From Centruroides sculpturatus (taxonomy: Eukaryota): 29,450 bases of DNA. Positions 1 through 11,850 of this stretch are shown one piece after another (within the stretch, counting starts at the first letter, position 1; every line of letters starts with the position of its first letter). Under the pieces are notes generated by a model, which saw only the letters and a list, made by a program, of their open reading frames with translations, searched no databases and was not told the DNA's origin. The position numbers and the translations under genes are program-made. The stretch covers positions 110,966-140,415 of the forward strand of contig NW_019384981.1 in NCBI RefSeq assembly GCF_000671375.1, written 5' to 3'.

Positions 1-249
1 ATCTATATTTTTAAAAATATTTATCATCAAAAATTGTTATTGACCAAGGCAAAAATCTATGAAGCTTATATGTAAATATAAAAAGAAATTAATATTGCCA
101 TTTAAAGTACTGCGAGTATATATATACTTGCAATTGTTAAATCTCATGTTCCCTAAAAAATATTAATCACCAAATTTATTATATGAGAAGTCAGTAATAA
201 GATTACAAACACTTATCACCACATTCAAATGTGTCCCAAAATTCTGCTT

Positions 250-600
250 AACTGATCTGCAAAAGTCTTAATTGCTGTCACAGTCATACTGCAGTGTATC
301 TTACTTTTATCACATCTCTGCTTGAAAAAGATTCATCTACCAAGTGTTTTTTAAATGTCTAAAAAAATGGTAATCAATCAGTTTCATATCTGGGCTTCAA
401 GATCCTTTTTTTGGACCTTAGAAGAACATTTAGATGGAGAATATTTTTCAAGTGATGAAGAGATTCAAGAACATGTACTACAGTGATTCTGCCAGCAATT
501 AACAGACTTTTATGTGTCAAAATTTCAAAAGCTGGTGAAATGCTGGGACAAGTGTATTAATATTTATAGCTATTCTACTGAAAAATTAATGTGTCAGAAA
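250..600 (+). mobile_element. Mariner-like (Tc1/mariner superfamily) transposase fossil, C-terminal part, frameshifted
   Basis: Plus-strand ORF 367..486 reads MVINQFHIWASRSFFWTLEEHLDGEYFSSDEEIQEHVLQ*, resembling mariner ...DYHLFRSLQNFLNGKNFTSDDDLKSQL. After a 1-nt frameshift, 487..590 reads FCQQLTDFYVSKFQKLVKCWDKCINIYSYS, resembling mariner ...FFAEKDQKFYERGIMKLPERWQKVIEQNGQY. The two blocks occur in the correct order. Upstream sequence is too degenerate to follow, and the element may continue upstream of the window. Confidence 0.45.
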
Positions 601-1486
601 TTGTCTTGCTTATTTTTTCATAAGTAACCTAATTACTAAATTCTACTTTTGAAAAGTGTCCAAGTTACAATCCTCACAATCTTACTTTATACATGTATAT
701 ATTTTATTAAATTTTAATATCAAATCTTTATTATAAGATTAAAAATTACTGCTTAAGAGATGTTTAGATTTATTTTGTATTCAGATATTCATGTTTATAA
801 TACTAATTCAAAACTGGGTATATACTTGAATTAAAAACTCTAAAAACCTATAATCCAGCAATTTTTTTTATATGTGCAAACATCTTGAGCAGGTGGCAAT
901 ATGTAAGGCCACCCATAATAACACCGCTATTAATTTTCACAACATTGAATCCTTCCCCACAGCATGGAAATCTTTCTTCAAACTATAAATCTTACTACTC
1001 TCCTTCCTCTTTCTCTCATCTTACATCACCTCCCCTCTGCACATGTGTATGGCAATCCTATATTGTTTCAGCAGCTGGGGATTAGTTTGCCTGATGATGC
1101 CTGTTCAATGCAGGCAAAAACGTTTGCACATATTATAAAAAATTACTGCATTACAGGATTTTAGAGTTGCTAATATTCATGTTTAGTTTCAAAAATAACT
1201 TCTGGTTTGTTTTTCTTTTTAACTGTCTCTAAGAGCATTTATCCATTTATATCAAAATTCTTGGTAATTACATTCAATATTTTACTTCTCATACAAATAC
1301 TGTTTTAAAAAATTGATAACATTTCCTTCCAACACTTTTTCATCATTAACAAAAATTAAAATATTGCATCATCATTTTAATTATATTTCAGATAATGTTT
1401 CTCATTTCAGATTTATAATATAAAGTTTATAAAACTATTTTTAAAAATATGCTTGATATTTACTCTTACAAACTTTATATTATAAT

Positions 1487-1492
1487 TTATTT
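1487..1492 (-). promoter_or_regulatory. Candidate polyadenylation signal AATAAA for the PARP4-like gene
   Basis: Plus-strand tttatt is AATAAA on the minus strand, about 156 nt downstream of the stop. An ATTAAA variant (plus-strand tttaat) lies closer, at about 1587..1592. Confidence 0.25.
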
Positions 1493-1647
1493 GGATGTAA
1501 ATCTATTCATTACAAACTTATTAAATATCAAAATTGGCAATTTCCAGTATCAAAAATAAGGAGCTACTATCTTATACTGACCTGTCTTTAATTCAAAATT
1601 ATTTAAATATTAAATTAATGTCTAGTTTTTACATATGGTATACTTAA

Positions 1648-1782
1648 CTAACCTTCAGATTTAGGAGTAATAGCCATTTCATTTTCATCTTCAAAACTCA
1701 TATACAGTAGGTTATCAACATCAATCTCTTCCAATAAATTAAATTTTAGAATGGAACCATCAAATGACGAAGAATCTTCTTC
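1648..1782 (-). CDS. PARP4: PARP4-like terminal exon 23 (includes TAG stop at 1648..1650)
   Basis: Acceptor tatttctag|GAA. Translation EEDSSSFDGSILKFNLLEEIDVDNLLYMSFEDENEMAITPKSEG* (human EDVDFLPYMSW). In-frame TAG follows. No further homologous coding sequence downstream in the window. Confidence 0.7.
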   Translation of the reverse strand, partial: EEDSSSFDGSILKFNLLEEIDVDNLLYMSFEDENEMAITPKSEG

Positions 1783-1853
1783 CTAGAAATAAGTTAAAAA
1801 TTAGATCATAAAAAATCTAAATTACAAGAAATTTTTATTTTAAATTCACTGAC

Positions 1854-2036
1854 TTCTGTTCTTTTCTCAACAGCAATAAAACTAGTAAGAGATGTAACCA
1901 AGTTAAATTGTTTACTAAATTCAATTATTTTCTCTCTATTGGATTTTTTTTCTAGCAATTGATCAACTCTGTCATCAGCAAGTAGACCATCTTCCCAATC
2001 TCGAATAATGGATCGAGCAGCTAATTTATGTAACAT
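1854..2036 (-). CDS. PARP4: PARP4-like exon 22
   Basis: Acceptor ttattatag|ATG. Translation MLHKLAARSIIRDWEDGLLADDRVDQLLEKKSNREKIIEFSKQFNLVTSLTSFIAVEKRTE matches human MIHKLAARALIRDYEDGILHENE...ITQFTSFVAVEKRDE. Donor GAA|gtcagt (phase 0) chosen so that VEKRTE|EED parallels human VEKRDENES. Confidence 0.85.
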
Positions 2037-2248
2037 CTATAATAAAAATTGTAAAGTATAAAAATACATACTTTAATTGAATATTTCTAATAAGATAATA
2101 TTAGTAATCTTTCTTTTCTGTTTGTATGTTATTAATTATGTTGAAATATATTAACATTTGAATCTAGAGCGTAAATTCATTCAGTTTAAGAATTAGCAAA
2201 CAAACACATTTTAAATTCACCCAATAATTGAAAAGTATTTAGACTTAC

Positions 2249-2329
2249 AATTCCTTCAGTGGCATTTAATTCAGAGGCATATAATACTGTTTCAAATTCT
2301 TGTCCTTCAATGTCTGCCTTCAACTTTAC
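2249..2329 (-). CDS. PARP4: PARP4-like exon 21
   Basis: Acceptor ttttctag|GTA. Translation VKLKADIEGQEFETVLYASELNATEGI matches human CALIQEKEFRTMVSTTELQKTTGT. Donor ATT|gtaagt, 27 codons. Confidence 0.8.
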
Positions 2330-3461
2330 CTAGAAAATAAATTTTATAGTTTTTTTTTGCACTGTGAAAAAGTATAAAATTACAAAAGTAATAAATTTAA
2401 ATATTTTAGTTCAACATATAAACTTGGAATAGGCACACATTGTTGTGCTAAAGATTATTACTATTATTATTGTGTTAGTGGAGTATACCCTATATGTGTA
2501 AATATCAGTGCCTAGTATTATGCTAAACCAAAGTCAAGACAACTACAGAAAACAAATGTTTCATTTACATGCTGTTTGTACATGTATCTGTGTTAAGAAT
2601 TTTCTCATTATATGACATATGTTAAGTATGGTAGCTTTTTGTAGAATGATGTATGTCTGTTGTGAAGACACAGTGTTTCAAGACATATATTATATGTGAT
2701 ATGACATCTATACAAGAAATTAAAGATAGAATTCATCTTACTTGTATCATCCTGCACTGACAAATATTATATTCATTAAGTTACATTCATTTGTGCTTTC
2801 TGTGGTATTTAAACCTGTAATTTCATAAATATTTCTTAAAATAAAATTATGAGTATTTTAAATTAATTCTGTGTACATAGTTTCATTAGTCACAATTGTT
2901 GTTTTTATGTTTTTATTGATACATGTTGTGCAGTACATGTATTCATGTGTAACTGTTTTTGAAGTAGTAAGTGTCTGATCTTCTGATGATCTAATGTTCT
3001 GTACATTGATGTAACTGCTGTGCAACTTAATGTTTGATATGTTCAAGCATTGTTTATGAAATAAGGATGTTGTGTACAATTGTTCTTTTCTGATCAACAA
3101 TCCTCTGCTCTGTAACAATGAGGTTGAGTATCTTTGTGTGAATTTGTCACATTTGTCTGTCTGTATGCTATCATGTCTGTTTTGAGTTTTGTAATATTAT
3201 AGTAGATATAAATGATGAATTCATCCATTTCTTGTGTCCATTTCATCTGTTGTTATGGTTTGTTTTTCAGCCTTAGTGATCAGTGGCTGGATTGTCACTG
3301 AAGCATGTTGGCTGGTTTGGTGTGTTATCATTGTGTTTGAGTGAGCTGGTGAATGTGTTTGTGTTGTTATTTATTATTATTTATTTATTATAAAAGTAAT
3401 ATTCTAGATAAATAAAACATAACATTTTAAAATCATGTATTTAATTCATAAATATACTTAC

Positions 3462-3635
3462 AAAACTAACACCTTCTGGACAAAATCCATAAATAATTTG
3501 CCTACATCCATTGAATATACTCATTATTTGTTTAGGTGTCTGAATCACTACTTCATTTCCATCATAACTGTTCTGCCATTCAATTCTTACATTTGTTAGA
3601 GATGCTTGAGTTGTTCTCATAATTTGTTTTTGTAC
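3462..3635 (-). CDS. PARP4: PARP4-like exon 20
   Basis: Acceptor attttaag|GTA. Translation VQKQIMRTTQASLTNVRIEWQNSYDGNEVVIQTPKQIMSIFNGCRQIIYGFCPEGVSF matches human IEDQMTRLCSPSCHSVSVKWQQLNPDVPEA...VPSLFLNDRLLVYGFIPHCT. Donor TTT|gtaagt, 58 codons. Confidence 0.85.
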
Positions 3636-6146
3636 CTTAAAATTAATACATTTTATTATTAATGTTAAATTAATAAAAAAAGTAATAAAACAGAGATATT
3701 CTAAACCAAATTCTAAAAACCAATATTCTAGAAGATTAGTAGAACAATCGTACAGACCAAATAATCTCATGTATTATCAAAAAACATCCTTTAATTCTAC
3801 AAAATCATATCTAGTTATAATTGCTATATATTTTAATTTCACTCTTCATACTCCTTTTTTATCAATTATATGTCAAATAAATGTAATTTAATAAATAAAA
3901 TATTTATCAGTAGATGATGCAAGTAAAATGAATTTTATCTTTAATTTCATTTTATCTTAACGATATCTTATAGAGTCATTAATATTTGAAAACAGTTGAG
4001 ATTTACATTTATATATATTATTAAAAAAAAAAAATGTTCATACAGAAATCACTAGAATGCTAGCTACTCATACATCTGATTATCAAAAAGACATCATACA
4101 TGCCAAACAACAGAATTAGGTGTATTATATCAAGTTCCTTTGAGCCCATTTGACATGCTTTGAAATTGTTACTTGTATGCAGGAACTCCAAAATAGTACA
4201 CATTTAGGAAACTTCATATTTTAAAACAATCACAATCATTTGACAGCGAGTCTTTTCAACCATTGGACCACTCTTATTAAACTTTTCAAGTAAATTGGAT
4301 TTGTATGATTTTTGCTAGAGCATTTTTCCCAACAATGGACTAATTACACTGGATTAATCACAGAACAGAATGATGCCAAGACATGTAATTTGCAGATTAA
4401 TTCTATGTATTTTACTGATTTTTCTATGATTTGTAAGCATATTTATACACTAGTAATTTCATAATAAAAATCTTGCAACTTATATAGAATGTAGGTGTGT
4501 GAGGGATGTTTCAGATGGGTATTTTGTAAATTCTATTAGAGTATATAGGTACTATAAATACATTATGATTTCATCAATTTTTCTGGAGGTTATATTGAAT
4601 TGTACAAATTTTCATTCAAGTTTTATGCTCTGTTTAAACTGATCTTGTTTGATGAAGTTTTGTCACATGTGTGTACATGTGAGGTTTTTATTATGAAATT
4701 ACTAGTATCTATACATATTCCTACAAATCCTAAAAAAGGATCTATGCATTAAGACTGAAGATGAACCTGTCATGTCCAAAATATAATTTGTAAAGTAAAT
4801 ACACAGAATTACTCTGCAAATTACGCGTCTTGAGGTCATTCTGTTCAGTGTTTAATCCAGTGTGATAAGTCCATCTTTGGGAAAAGTGAGCTAGCACAAA
4901 ATGTAATACAAAACAAGACAACAGACAAAAAGTGATCAGAATAATAAATTTGGTTTGTTCACAATATAGCAAATATAAAATTTTATATACATATTTTTAT
5001 ATTGTTTTAATTATTTTAAATTTAAAATTGTTATTCTAAATGCATGTTCCAAAAAAAATCTAACATCTTTTGTATTTACATCCCGATGCTCTTACTCCAT
5101 TTTTGTTCTAGTTGATTGAAGATGATAACTCAATGAAAAGTTGTAAAATTATAGTGATAATATTTAAGTGTATTCAATAATTTTTAACACCATAAGACAG
5201 TTAAACATACTTTAACTAATATTTTGGAATGTGGTATTTCATATCATTCATTTTACAATATTCCTTTTTTATAATTTTATAATATATAAAAATATAAAAT
5301 TTTATAATTTAATACAATCAAACCTCTGAATAACATCCACTGATGAAAACACAAAAAATGTCCATTATTAGACATTTGACTGTATTAAATTGATTTATAG
5401 ATTAAAAATAAACATTAAATTCAGAATTAATTTTGAAAGTAACTTCAAACATAAAAATTGTAAAATCAGTTAAAATGTTAAAATATATTCATAGATTGTT
5501 ATAAAAAGAACAGTAAATTTTATAATTATCAAATGTAGTTATAAATACATATTAATTTTTGAATATATATTAAAATTGATTGTTTTAAAGTTCTACATAA
5601 ATAAATATTTTTCATTAAAGTTATTTAAAGTTTTAATGAATCTAAAGATACAAGTGAATGTTGTCTCTCAATGAAAACAAATTATGAACAAGCAGAAAAC
5701 ATATTATTATTAACTAGATTACTGCAAACCATTTTTGAATCTGATTGAATATAATTACTTCACACAGTATAATATTACTTTTATATTCTTTAATGCTGTA
5801 TAACAGAAATAAATCAACTTTAAGTTAAAGAAACTTTAACAATTGAAGATAAGCTGTGAGTAAATTTAATTAATATTTAATAACCAAATGTTAATAATCA
5901 TTATTTACTTAATAACTAATCATAAGGCAACTCATTCAATTTGCTTTCACATAAATTCATATCTTTATTGTAATTCATAGTAATAGAATGAACAATACTA
6001 CTCTGAATTAAAGTAAAATATCTTACCTAAATGATCAAAGTTAATAATTTAATTATTCTTTTCACAAATTTTAAAAATAACAAAATAAATCATAAATATT
6101 AAGATTAATAAATTCAGATTTTCTTTATGCCAAATATTATATTTAC

Positions 6147-6252
6147 CATATTCTTCCAGTTTTCTAAATTTAAAGTATCTAAACATTCGTACACACCTCC
6201 ACTTTTATTAGCAATTTGTTGCAATGTATGTTTGTTGATATAAGTAGTTGAA
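6147..6252 (-). CDS. PARP4: PARP4-like exon 19
   Basis: Acceptor ttttttatag|T. Translation (S)STTYINKHTLQQIANKSGGVYECLDTLNLENWKNM matches human STANRHVLRILSQCGAGVFEYFN...SWRKQ. Donor ATG|gtaaat. Confidence 0.85.
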
Positions 6253-6341
6253 CTATAAAAAACAGCAAAGAGTTAGTAGTATAATAATATAAAAAATTTC
6301 ACATTACTTACAATGATGATAAAATTTCAAATAGTTCTTAC

Positions 6342-6597
6342 CTTAAACCTATTGTAAATATCCTCACTTTGTTGCTATAAGATTTGATACTTTTAAATAT
6401 TATCCTTTCATTATTAACATCACCATCACTCAAAAGAATTATATTCTTTATGCCTTTTCCAGCAGTTAATTGATAATATTTTAAAACTCTTGAAAATTCT
6501 GTATTACCTAATAATGTAACCTGTTTCAGGAAATTCATAGCTTTTTGCACATTTTTTGAATTGCATATTTGACTTGATGGAAATAACTCATGAAACA
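6342..6597 (-). CDS. PARP4: PARP4-like exon 18 (vWA domain, continued)
   Basis: Acceptor gatag|TG completes the codon. Translation VFHELFPSSQICNSKNVQKAMNFLKQVTLLGNTEFSRVLKYYQLTAGKGIKNIILLSDGDVNNERIIFKSIKSYSNKVRIFTIGL matches human YKELFSYPK...TPTMGNTDFWKTLRYLSLLYPARGSRNILLVSDGHLQDES...RLFACGIGS. Donor TTAAG|gtaaga, leaving 2 nt. Confidence 0.9.
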
Positions 6598-7319
6598 CTA
6601 TCAAAAAGAAATAATATTTAAATATAAAAATAAAGAATATAAGACTTCTGGTAAATCAAATTTTAGTATTGTATTACTTTTATTATTTAATTAAATAAAA
6701 ATCCAGCAACATTTAAAATTTTGATGGTGCCATATGTTATATTTTATTAGAAAACTTTTATATTTTTAATTATTGTAAAATTGCAAAAAAGCTTAATTTT
6801 GAGGGTGGGGACAGGTTTTTATAAAAAATTGTAAATGATAATAACAAATAAAATCGTCATTAAGTCTGATCCTACTGGAGATAAACACAACCGCTTTTAT
6901 CTCTCTATCCTGTCAACCTTTAACCACAAAAATTTAATAGCATCAATCCCCAATGCATGAACCTCCCTGCAAATTTCAGAAATTTTCGACAAAAAGCACA
7001 GGAGTTATTGAGCTTCATAGAAGGTGAAAAAAAATTAGTCCCCCACACAAACATCCATACATACAGGAAAACATCCAAAATTTTTTTGCATTTCTTGATA
7101 TTTCAAGGTGTCCTGAGTCCAAAAATGTAAAAATCTTAGGGGTCATTTTGACTGATAACCATACTTTCCCTTTTTTATATATAACAGAGCTAGAAAAGTA
7201 AAAATTACAAAATAAACCAAACCAAAGACGTCTAATGAAAGGTAATAAAAAATAATGGAAGCATGAATAATTTCTCTGATTAAACTGGATTGATGAAATA
7301 AGACAATGCAACACAAGTG

Positions 7320-7935
7320 ATCTGTCAAGGGATGCCCCCAATTTTCTACAGAAAACTGGCCTCTATTTAAGTGTTACACATGTAAAGAAAACCTAGAAAA
7401 CTCCACATGGCCAGAATGTTGGTAAAATGTGAATAGGGTATCCAACTTTCTTATATTAAACAAGAGGATATTGCACAGATATTGTTAAAGGATTATAAAG
7501 GACATTTGTTAGCCAGCAAATATTTATTGACTGACTATAAATCATAAAATAGTAAATAGACTATAAGTAGGGTTTTAAAATCAATGTTAAAATTATTATT
7601 AACTGTTGCACAATGCCACCCTAACTAAGTCCCTCAATTTTATTTTCTTGTCTGACTGTAATTAATAGTAGTGTCTTTCTCTTTCTGTTGAGTGATAAAG
7701 ATGAAACTATTACTTTAAAGTAAGAAAATAAAATATTGGAATGTTGTCTGCCAGTAATATAAAGTAAAATTAAACAAAAACAAACAATTAAGCATATACT
7801 TAAAAGAAAAACATTATTGATAAATGGAGGACTAGAGGACAATACAGTTCATTGGAGGACTAGCCACCCAAATAAAAGACAGTTACCAACTGCAGGTGCA
7901 AACCCATAACCAACTACATGTTAGATCACTAGTGG
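7320..7935 (+). repeat. Repeat family C, copy 1 (interrupted by a roughly 420-bp internal insertion at about 7440..7860)
   Basis: 7331..7440 ctggcctctatttaagtgttacacatgtaaagaaaacctagaaaactccacatggccagaatgttggt and 7895..7935 ggtgcaaacccataaccaactacatgttagatcactagtgggctaa are collinear with the uninterrupted copy at 23725..23890. Confidence 0.55.
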
Positions 7936-8060
7936 GCTAATTTCTTTGATAAATAAATTATGATTTAAAAACAGTAGAGATTTTGTTTTTCATTTAAATC
8001 TTTTAAATTCTTGCAATTTATTTGTATGAATGACTTTTTTCAACATTAAGAGTTTATTTA

Positions 8061-8490
8061 CAGTGGAGCGTCATTTATCCGAAAGTCGGTTATCCGAAAA
8101 AATTCCAGTTGGCAAATTTAAATTTCCACTAGTGTTGTGGCACTGCAATCTTTGGCTATGTCTTGGGCTACTCAAATATTTTACGTTTTTCATACTAAAT
8201 TAACTTCTGAAGTATAATTTTTTATTGTTTTTATATTTTTCAATATATTTATTTTGTTTGTACAAAATAAAGAAATAATTTTTAATGATACAATAGCCAC
8301 GATTATTATTTTAAAAAGTTTACATTAGGCTTAACATCGACAAAAATTCAATGCAAAGTGACACGCAATGGAGAAAAATTTCAGGATGGGATAGGTTAAT
8401 ATATTTTTTCGTACATAATCGGTTATCCGAAAAATAAGTTATCCGAACAACCCCAGTCCCCGATTGATTCAGATAAACGACACTTTACGG
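8061..8490. mobile_element. MITE-like element with terminal inverted repeats, TTATCCGAA subterminal repeats, and possible TA target-site duplication
   Basis: The 5-prime end cagtggagcgtcatttatccgaaagtcggttatccgaaaa at 8061..8100 pairs with the reverse complement of 8455..8490 (ccgtaaagtgtcgtttatctgaatcaatcgg). The motif ttatccgaa or ttatctgaa recurs at 8076, 8090, 8422 and 8436, and inverted at 8470. Flanks are ttTA|cagtgg and acgg|TActt. No ORF. Confidence 0.4.
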
Positions 8491-8810
8491 TACTTTTGTA
8501 ATGAGATCATCTGGAATGGTAAAATATGGACACAATTACAACTGTTCAAGAAAAATTCAAATGACTTAATCTGGATTAAATTTTTGAAATTTCCCGATAG
8601 TAGATGATACAAAATGATTTCCATTGTACACTGTGGATTTTTCCATATTAGAGATTAGTGAAATATTATTACTATTATTAACATATTTAGAACAGTCCTA
8701 CAGAAAAGAAAATATTCAAAAAAAGCAAAAAAAAAAAATATTGCATGAATTTCAACTAAACATTTAACAAAAACTTCAATACAATTTGTAAACTTTAAAA
8801 GCAGATCAAC

Positions 8811-8825
8811 TTTTTTTTTTTTTTT
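8811..8825. repeat. Poly-T homopolymer (15 nt), with a nearby A12 run at 8727..8738
   Basis: Direct reading. Confidence 0.9.
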
Positions 8826-9524
8826 GAAGTTTTAAAATTTTTGGAAATGCAAAGTAAAAAAATAATAATAAAAACAACACAATGCCTACAAAATGCACAT
8901 ATTGAAACTAAACAAGAATGCATTATAATTGCATCTTTATAATAAACAGAAAAACAGTAGTTGTGACAAAAAAAATATTCATTGTTAATGGGTCAAATGT
9001 TTTTAAAGTATTATTGTCATGACTGGGATAAGACTTGATGAAAAATTTATAGATTATGTAATATATCTCTTTATTAAAATAATCATTAATATACAATATG
9101 TCTGTACTTAAAGAATTAACATTAAATAGTCTGAAAATTTATTCAAAAATAATTAAAACTATACAATTAAATTTTAACTATAAAAAAGTAGTTAAATACA
9201 GGTATGCACTACTTACTTTAGGAACAAATGTTCCATAAGATTATAATGGAGCTGAAAAATTAGTAACAGATTGTATCTTTATGTTAAGTATTTATGTATC
9301 TAAACATATCTAATCATTGTCACATTGTCACAATTGTATTACATATGGCCTTTATGAGTAATAGACTAAACTATATAAGGTTTCTCTATAAAATTTGCTC
9401 AATAACATCTTTTTCAGAATGTTAAGTGGCACATACCTGTACTAATAAGAACAAAATAAAGTGCATAAGATAATGATATTTAATAAAATATATGTAGAAT
9501 TATAACAATCATTTTCATTATTAC

Positions 9525-9711
9525 CTGATCCAAAAACTACTATATTAAAATAACAATTGTGTGGAAGATTTTTGAGACATAGAACAGCTGTCTTCAAAGC
9601 ATCTGCAAATAATTTCCCTTGCATAGAATTTGATGCATCTAATGCAATAATTATCTCAGGATGAGGATTTGTAACTGCTTCAAATTCTGGATAAAATGTC
9701 AACATGCAAAC
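9525..9711 (-). CDS. PARP4: PARP4-like exon 17 (vWA domain with MIDAS motif DxSxS)
   Basis: Acceptor ttaaacag|GTT. Translation VCMLTFYPEFEAVTNPHPEIIIALDASNSMQGKLFADALKTAVLCLKNLPHNCYFNIVVFGS matches human ACMLVFQPDLD...EVIICLDCSSSMEG...KVNIIQFGTG. Donor CAG|gtaata, leaving 1 nt. Confidence 0.9.
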
Positions 9712-9949
9712 CTGTTTAAAAAAAATCTATATTAATAATAAATTGATAAATATTTGTGTTACCTGAAATAAAATCATAAAAATTAATTATAACAAGGTTC
9801 CACAGTCAAAAAATGATATTAAATTATACATAGAAAAGCAAATCCAAATTCTGAAAATCTAATATTGATATATATTACAAAAAGTGGCCTATTGTTACTT
9901 GCTTCTATGATGAAAGCTCTTATAAAATGAATTATTTGAGATAGAAAAT

Positions 9950-10125
9950 ATATAGAATAAAATTATTGTGACATCATTACAATGCTGGGCTGCAATTTTA
10001 ATCATATTTTTAATTTATTCAGTTTAAAATATATGTAGTAGTTTCTTGCTCTTGTATACCATATTTTTCCTGATAACAACAGTGTCATACTAATCATCGG
10101 TCTAGCTCTGTTGTGGAGAAAATTT
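9950..10125 (+). repeat. Interspersed repeat family A (SINE/MITE-like), copy 1, 3-prime truncated
   Basis: The 5-prime head aattattgtgacatcattacaatgctgggctgcaattttaatcat...cctgataacaacagtgtcatactaatcatcggtctagctctgtt aligns to the copies at 25605 and 20025. Confidence 0.6.
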
Positions 10126-10739
10126 ATTTTATTTATTTATTTCATTAAATTTACATGAAAAGTCTGGATAGACATTTGATTTCTGCCCCCTACAAAAACG
10201 TACATCATAAAAACAAACAAAACAAGAAAAATAAATAAAATAAAAAAAAACAGGTAACAAATCTTAAAAAAGATACAGAGCTTTTTTACATTTCAATTTA
10301 AAATCAGGGAGGTCAAGATGTAAAAATTCATCAAAATTATTAAGATTTTGCAATATACAGTAGAAGAAAGATTGTTGAGATAGATTTAGATGATAAAAAG
10401 GAGTAAAAACGTAAATAAAGGAGTAAAGTTTTCTTGATGGAATTTGGAGTGAAAGCCAATCTTGATAAATAAGACCATTAAAATATTTGTAACATATTAA
10501 CCAATCAAAATATTTAATTCTCTCAAAGAAAGATGGGAAGCCCCGGCAAATTCTAGCAATATTAAAGTCAACAGTGAAAATCAGATTACACATTTTGTTA
10601 AACGTAAAAAGGGAAGGTGCAGCCATTGACCAAATTGGCAGTCCATAATCAATGCAAGATTGAAAATTAGCATTAAAAATCATCCACAATGCTGTTTTAT
10701 TAAAGACGGGCTTATAAAATCACCATAAAATTCCATGTC

Positions 10740-10965
10740 AGATAGCCAGGGATCAATATGATTTTTGAAAGTAATTTTTAATTGAAGTTATTAACTTTAG
10801 TCCTGACTGGAAGTTCATACATAAATAAATCAGGGCCCATAGTCCTTAGCTTTTCATATCTGATTTTGATTTTCATCTATCTAACTTTGTTCTCAAGATT
10901 AAGAGGATGGACAGAGAGACATGAGTGGAATGTGTAGGACTGAAATTTGAAAAATTTCAGACAAA
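10740..10965 (+). repeat. Interspersed repeat family A, copy 2 (5-prime degraded)
   Basis: Shares cttagcttttcatatctgattttgattttcatctatctaactttgttctcaagattaag...gactgaaatttgaaaaatt with the copies at 17255, 20025 and 25605. Confidence 0.6.
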
Positions 10966-11616
10966 TTACTTTAACTTCATAACTGTAGACACTAAAGTAG
11001 TTAAATATGATACAGTTTACTAATATATGATTACAATACAAAAGTAAAAGAGATAATAATAATATATGAATAAATATTTTGCATTCAAAAGTTTATGATT
11101 AAACTATTATGAACTATGTGACTGAGATAGTTAAATTATTGCTCTGGGAGATCAGAGGATCAAATCCAGACAGTCAAAAAACCCAGGAATTTTTCACAGA
11201 TAGTCTCTCTCTCTTGTATTTGTTGATCCTGAACTTCACCACATGCCTGCCCTCACTGTGGCCAAATCTATAATGGTTATGAAAAAGGCAGTCTTACTGT
11301 TCACAAAAATAAACAAACTTTAAACTGAAATCAATTTAGAGATATTCCTTTATTTCTACTCTATCTTTGCATTATCAACAATTTACTTTATCATATACAA
11401 AAAATAGACTGATCATTTTACTAATTTGAAATAAATAGTTTTGGATTAATATTATCAAGACTAATTATAAAATTCTGTATTCTTCACTTAGATTATAAAA
11501 TCAAAAATAATTTCTGATATTTACTTAATTATAATACATATTTCTATAATTTAAAATTACACTAATATTTACCAAAACAGATATTTGTAAGATTTATTAC
11601 ATATTATTTAACATAC

Positions 11617-11748
11617 CTGTGAGTCTTCTTCAGAATTATTTTCAATCCACATTCTTGGAACATGGACTTCTTTCAAACTTATACATAATGTGAATCCATT
11701 ACCTAATATTGAATTTTCAAGTTTCACTACAGCTTTTGTTTCTGTTCT
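11617..11748 (-). CDS. PARP4: PARP4-like exon 16
   Basis: Acceptor ttctag|AGA. Translation RTETKAVVKLENSILGNGFTLCISLKEVHVPRMWIENNSEEDSQ matches human TDCKAVISTMEG...AYLPRMWVEKHPEKESE. Donor CAG|gtatgt, 44 codons. Confidence 0.85.
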
Positions 11749-11850
11749 CTAGAATTGCAAAGAAATACAATTCATAAATTTTGTATAAATCATATAATAG
11801 TTTTAATTTTAAACTTAATAATTTAAGTAATAAGTACATAAAGAATTTAC

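Noticed and set aside
885-1164. Two overlapping 66-aa plus-strand ORFs
   Set aside because: This is a pyrimidine-rich, low-complexity tract (S/P/L-rich translation) in the 3-prime flank of PARP4. It ends in a possible acceptor (tttcag|CAG at about 1068), but the downstream 30-aa peptide has no homology. Evidence for a gene is insufficient.
2858-4972. Several 76-109 aa minus-strand ORFs (2858..3118, 3441..3770 beyond exon 20, 4742..4972)
   Set aside because: Apart from the part of 3441..3770 that is PARP4 exon 20, these are AT-rich intronic read-throughs with no homology and no splice continuity.
7015-7341. 108-aa and 61-aa overlapping minus-strand ORFs
   Set aside because: Same purine-rich plus-strand composition. 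They lie inside or adjacent to the family C repeat and have no homology.
10264-10689. 141-aa minus-strand ORF in an intron, in the same orientation as PARP4
   Set aside because: The plus strand here is a purine-rich, T-poor tract, so TTA/CTA/TCA (minus-strand stops) are rare by composition. The translation is F/Y/I/N/L-rich and matches no domain I can recognise. There are no splice-compatible boundaries linking it to neighbouring exons. It is treated as a compositional artefact.
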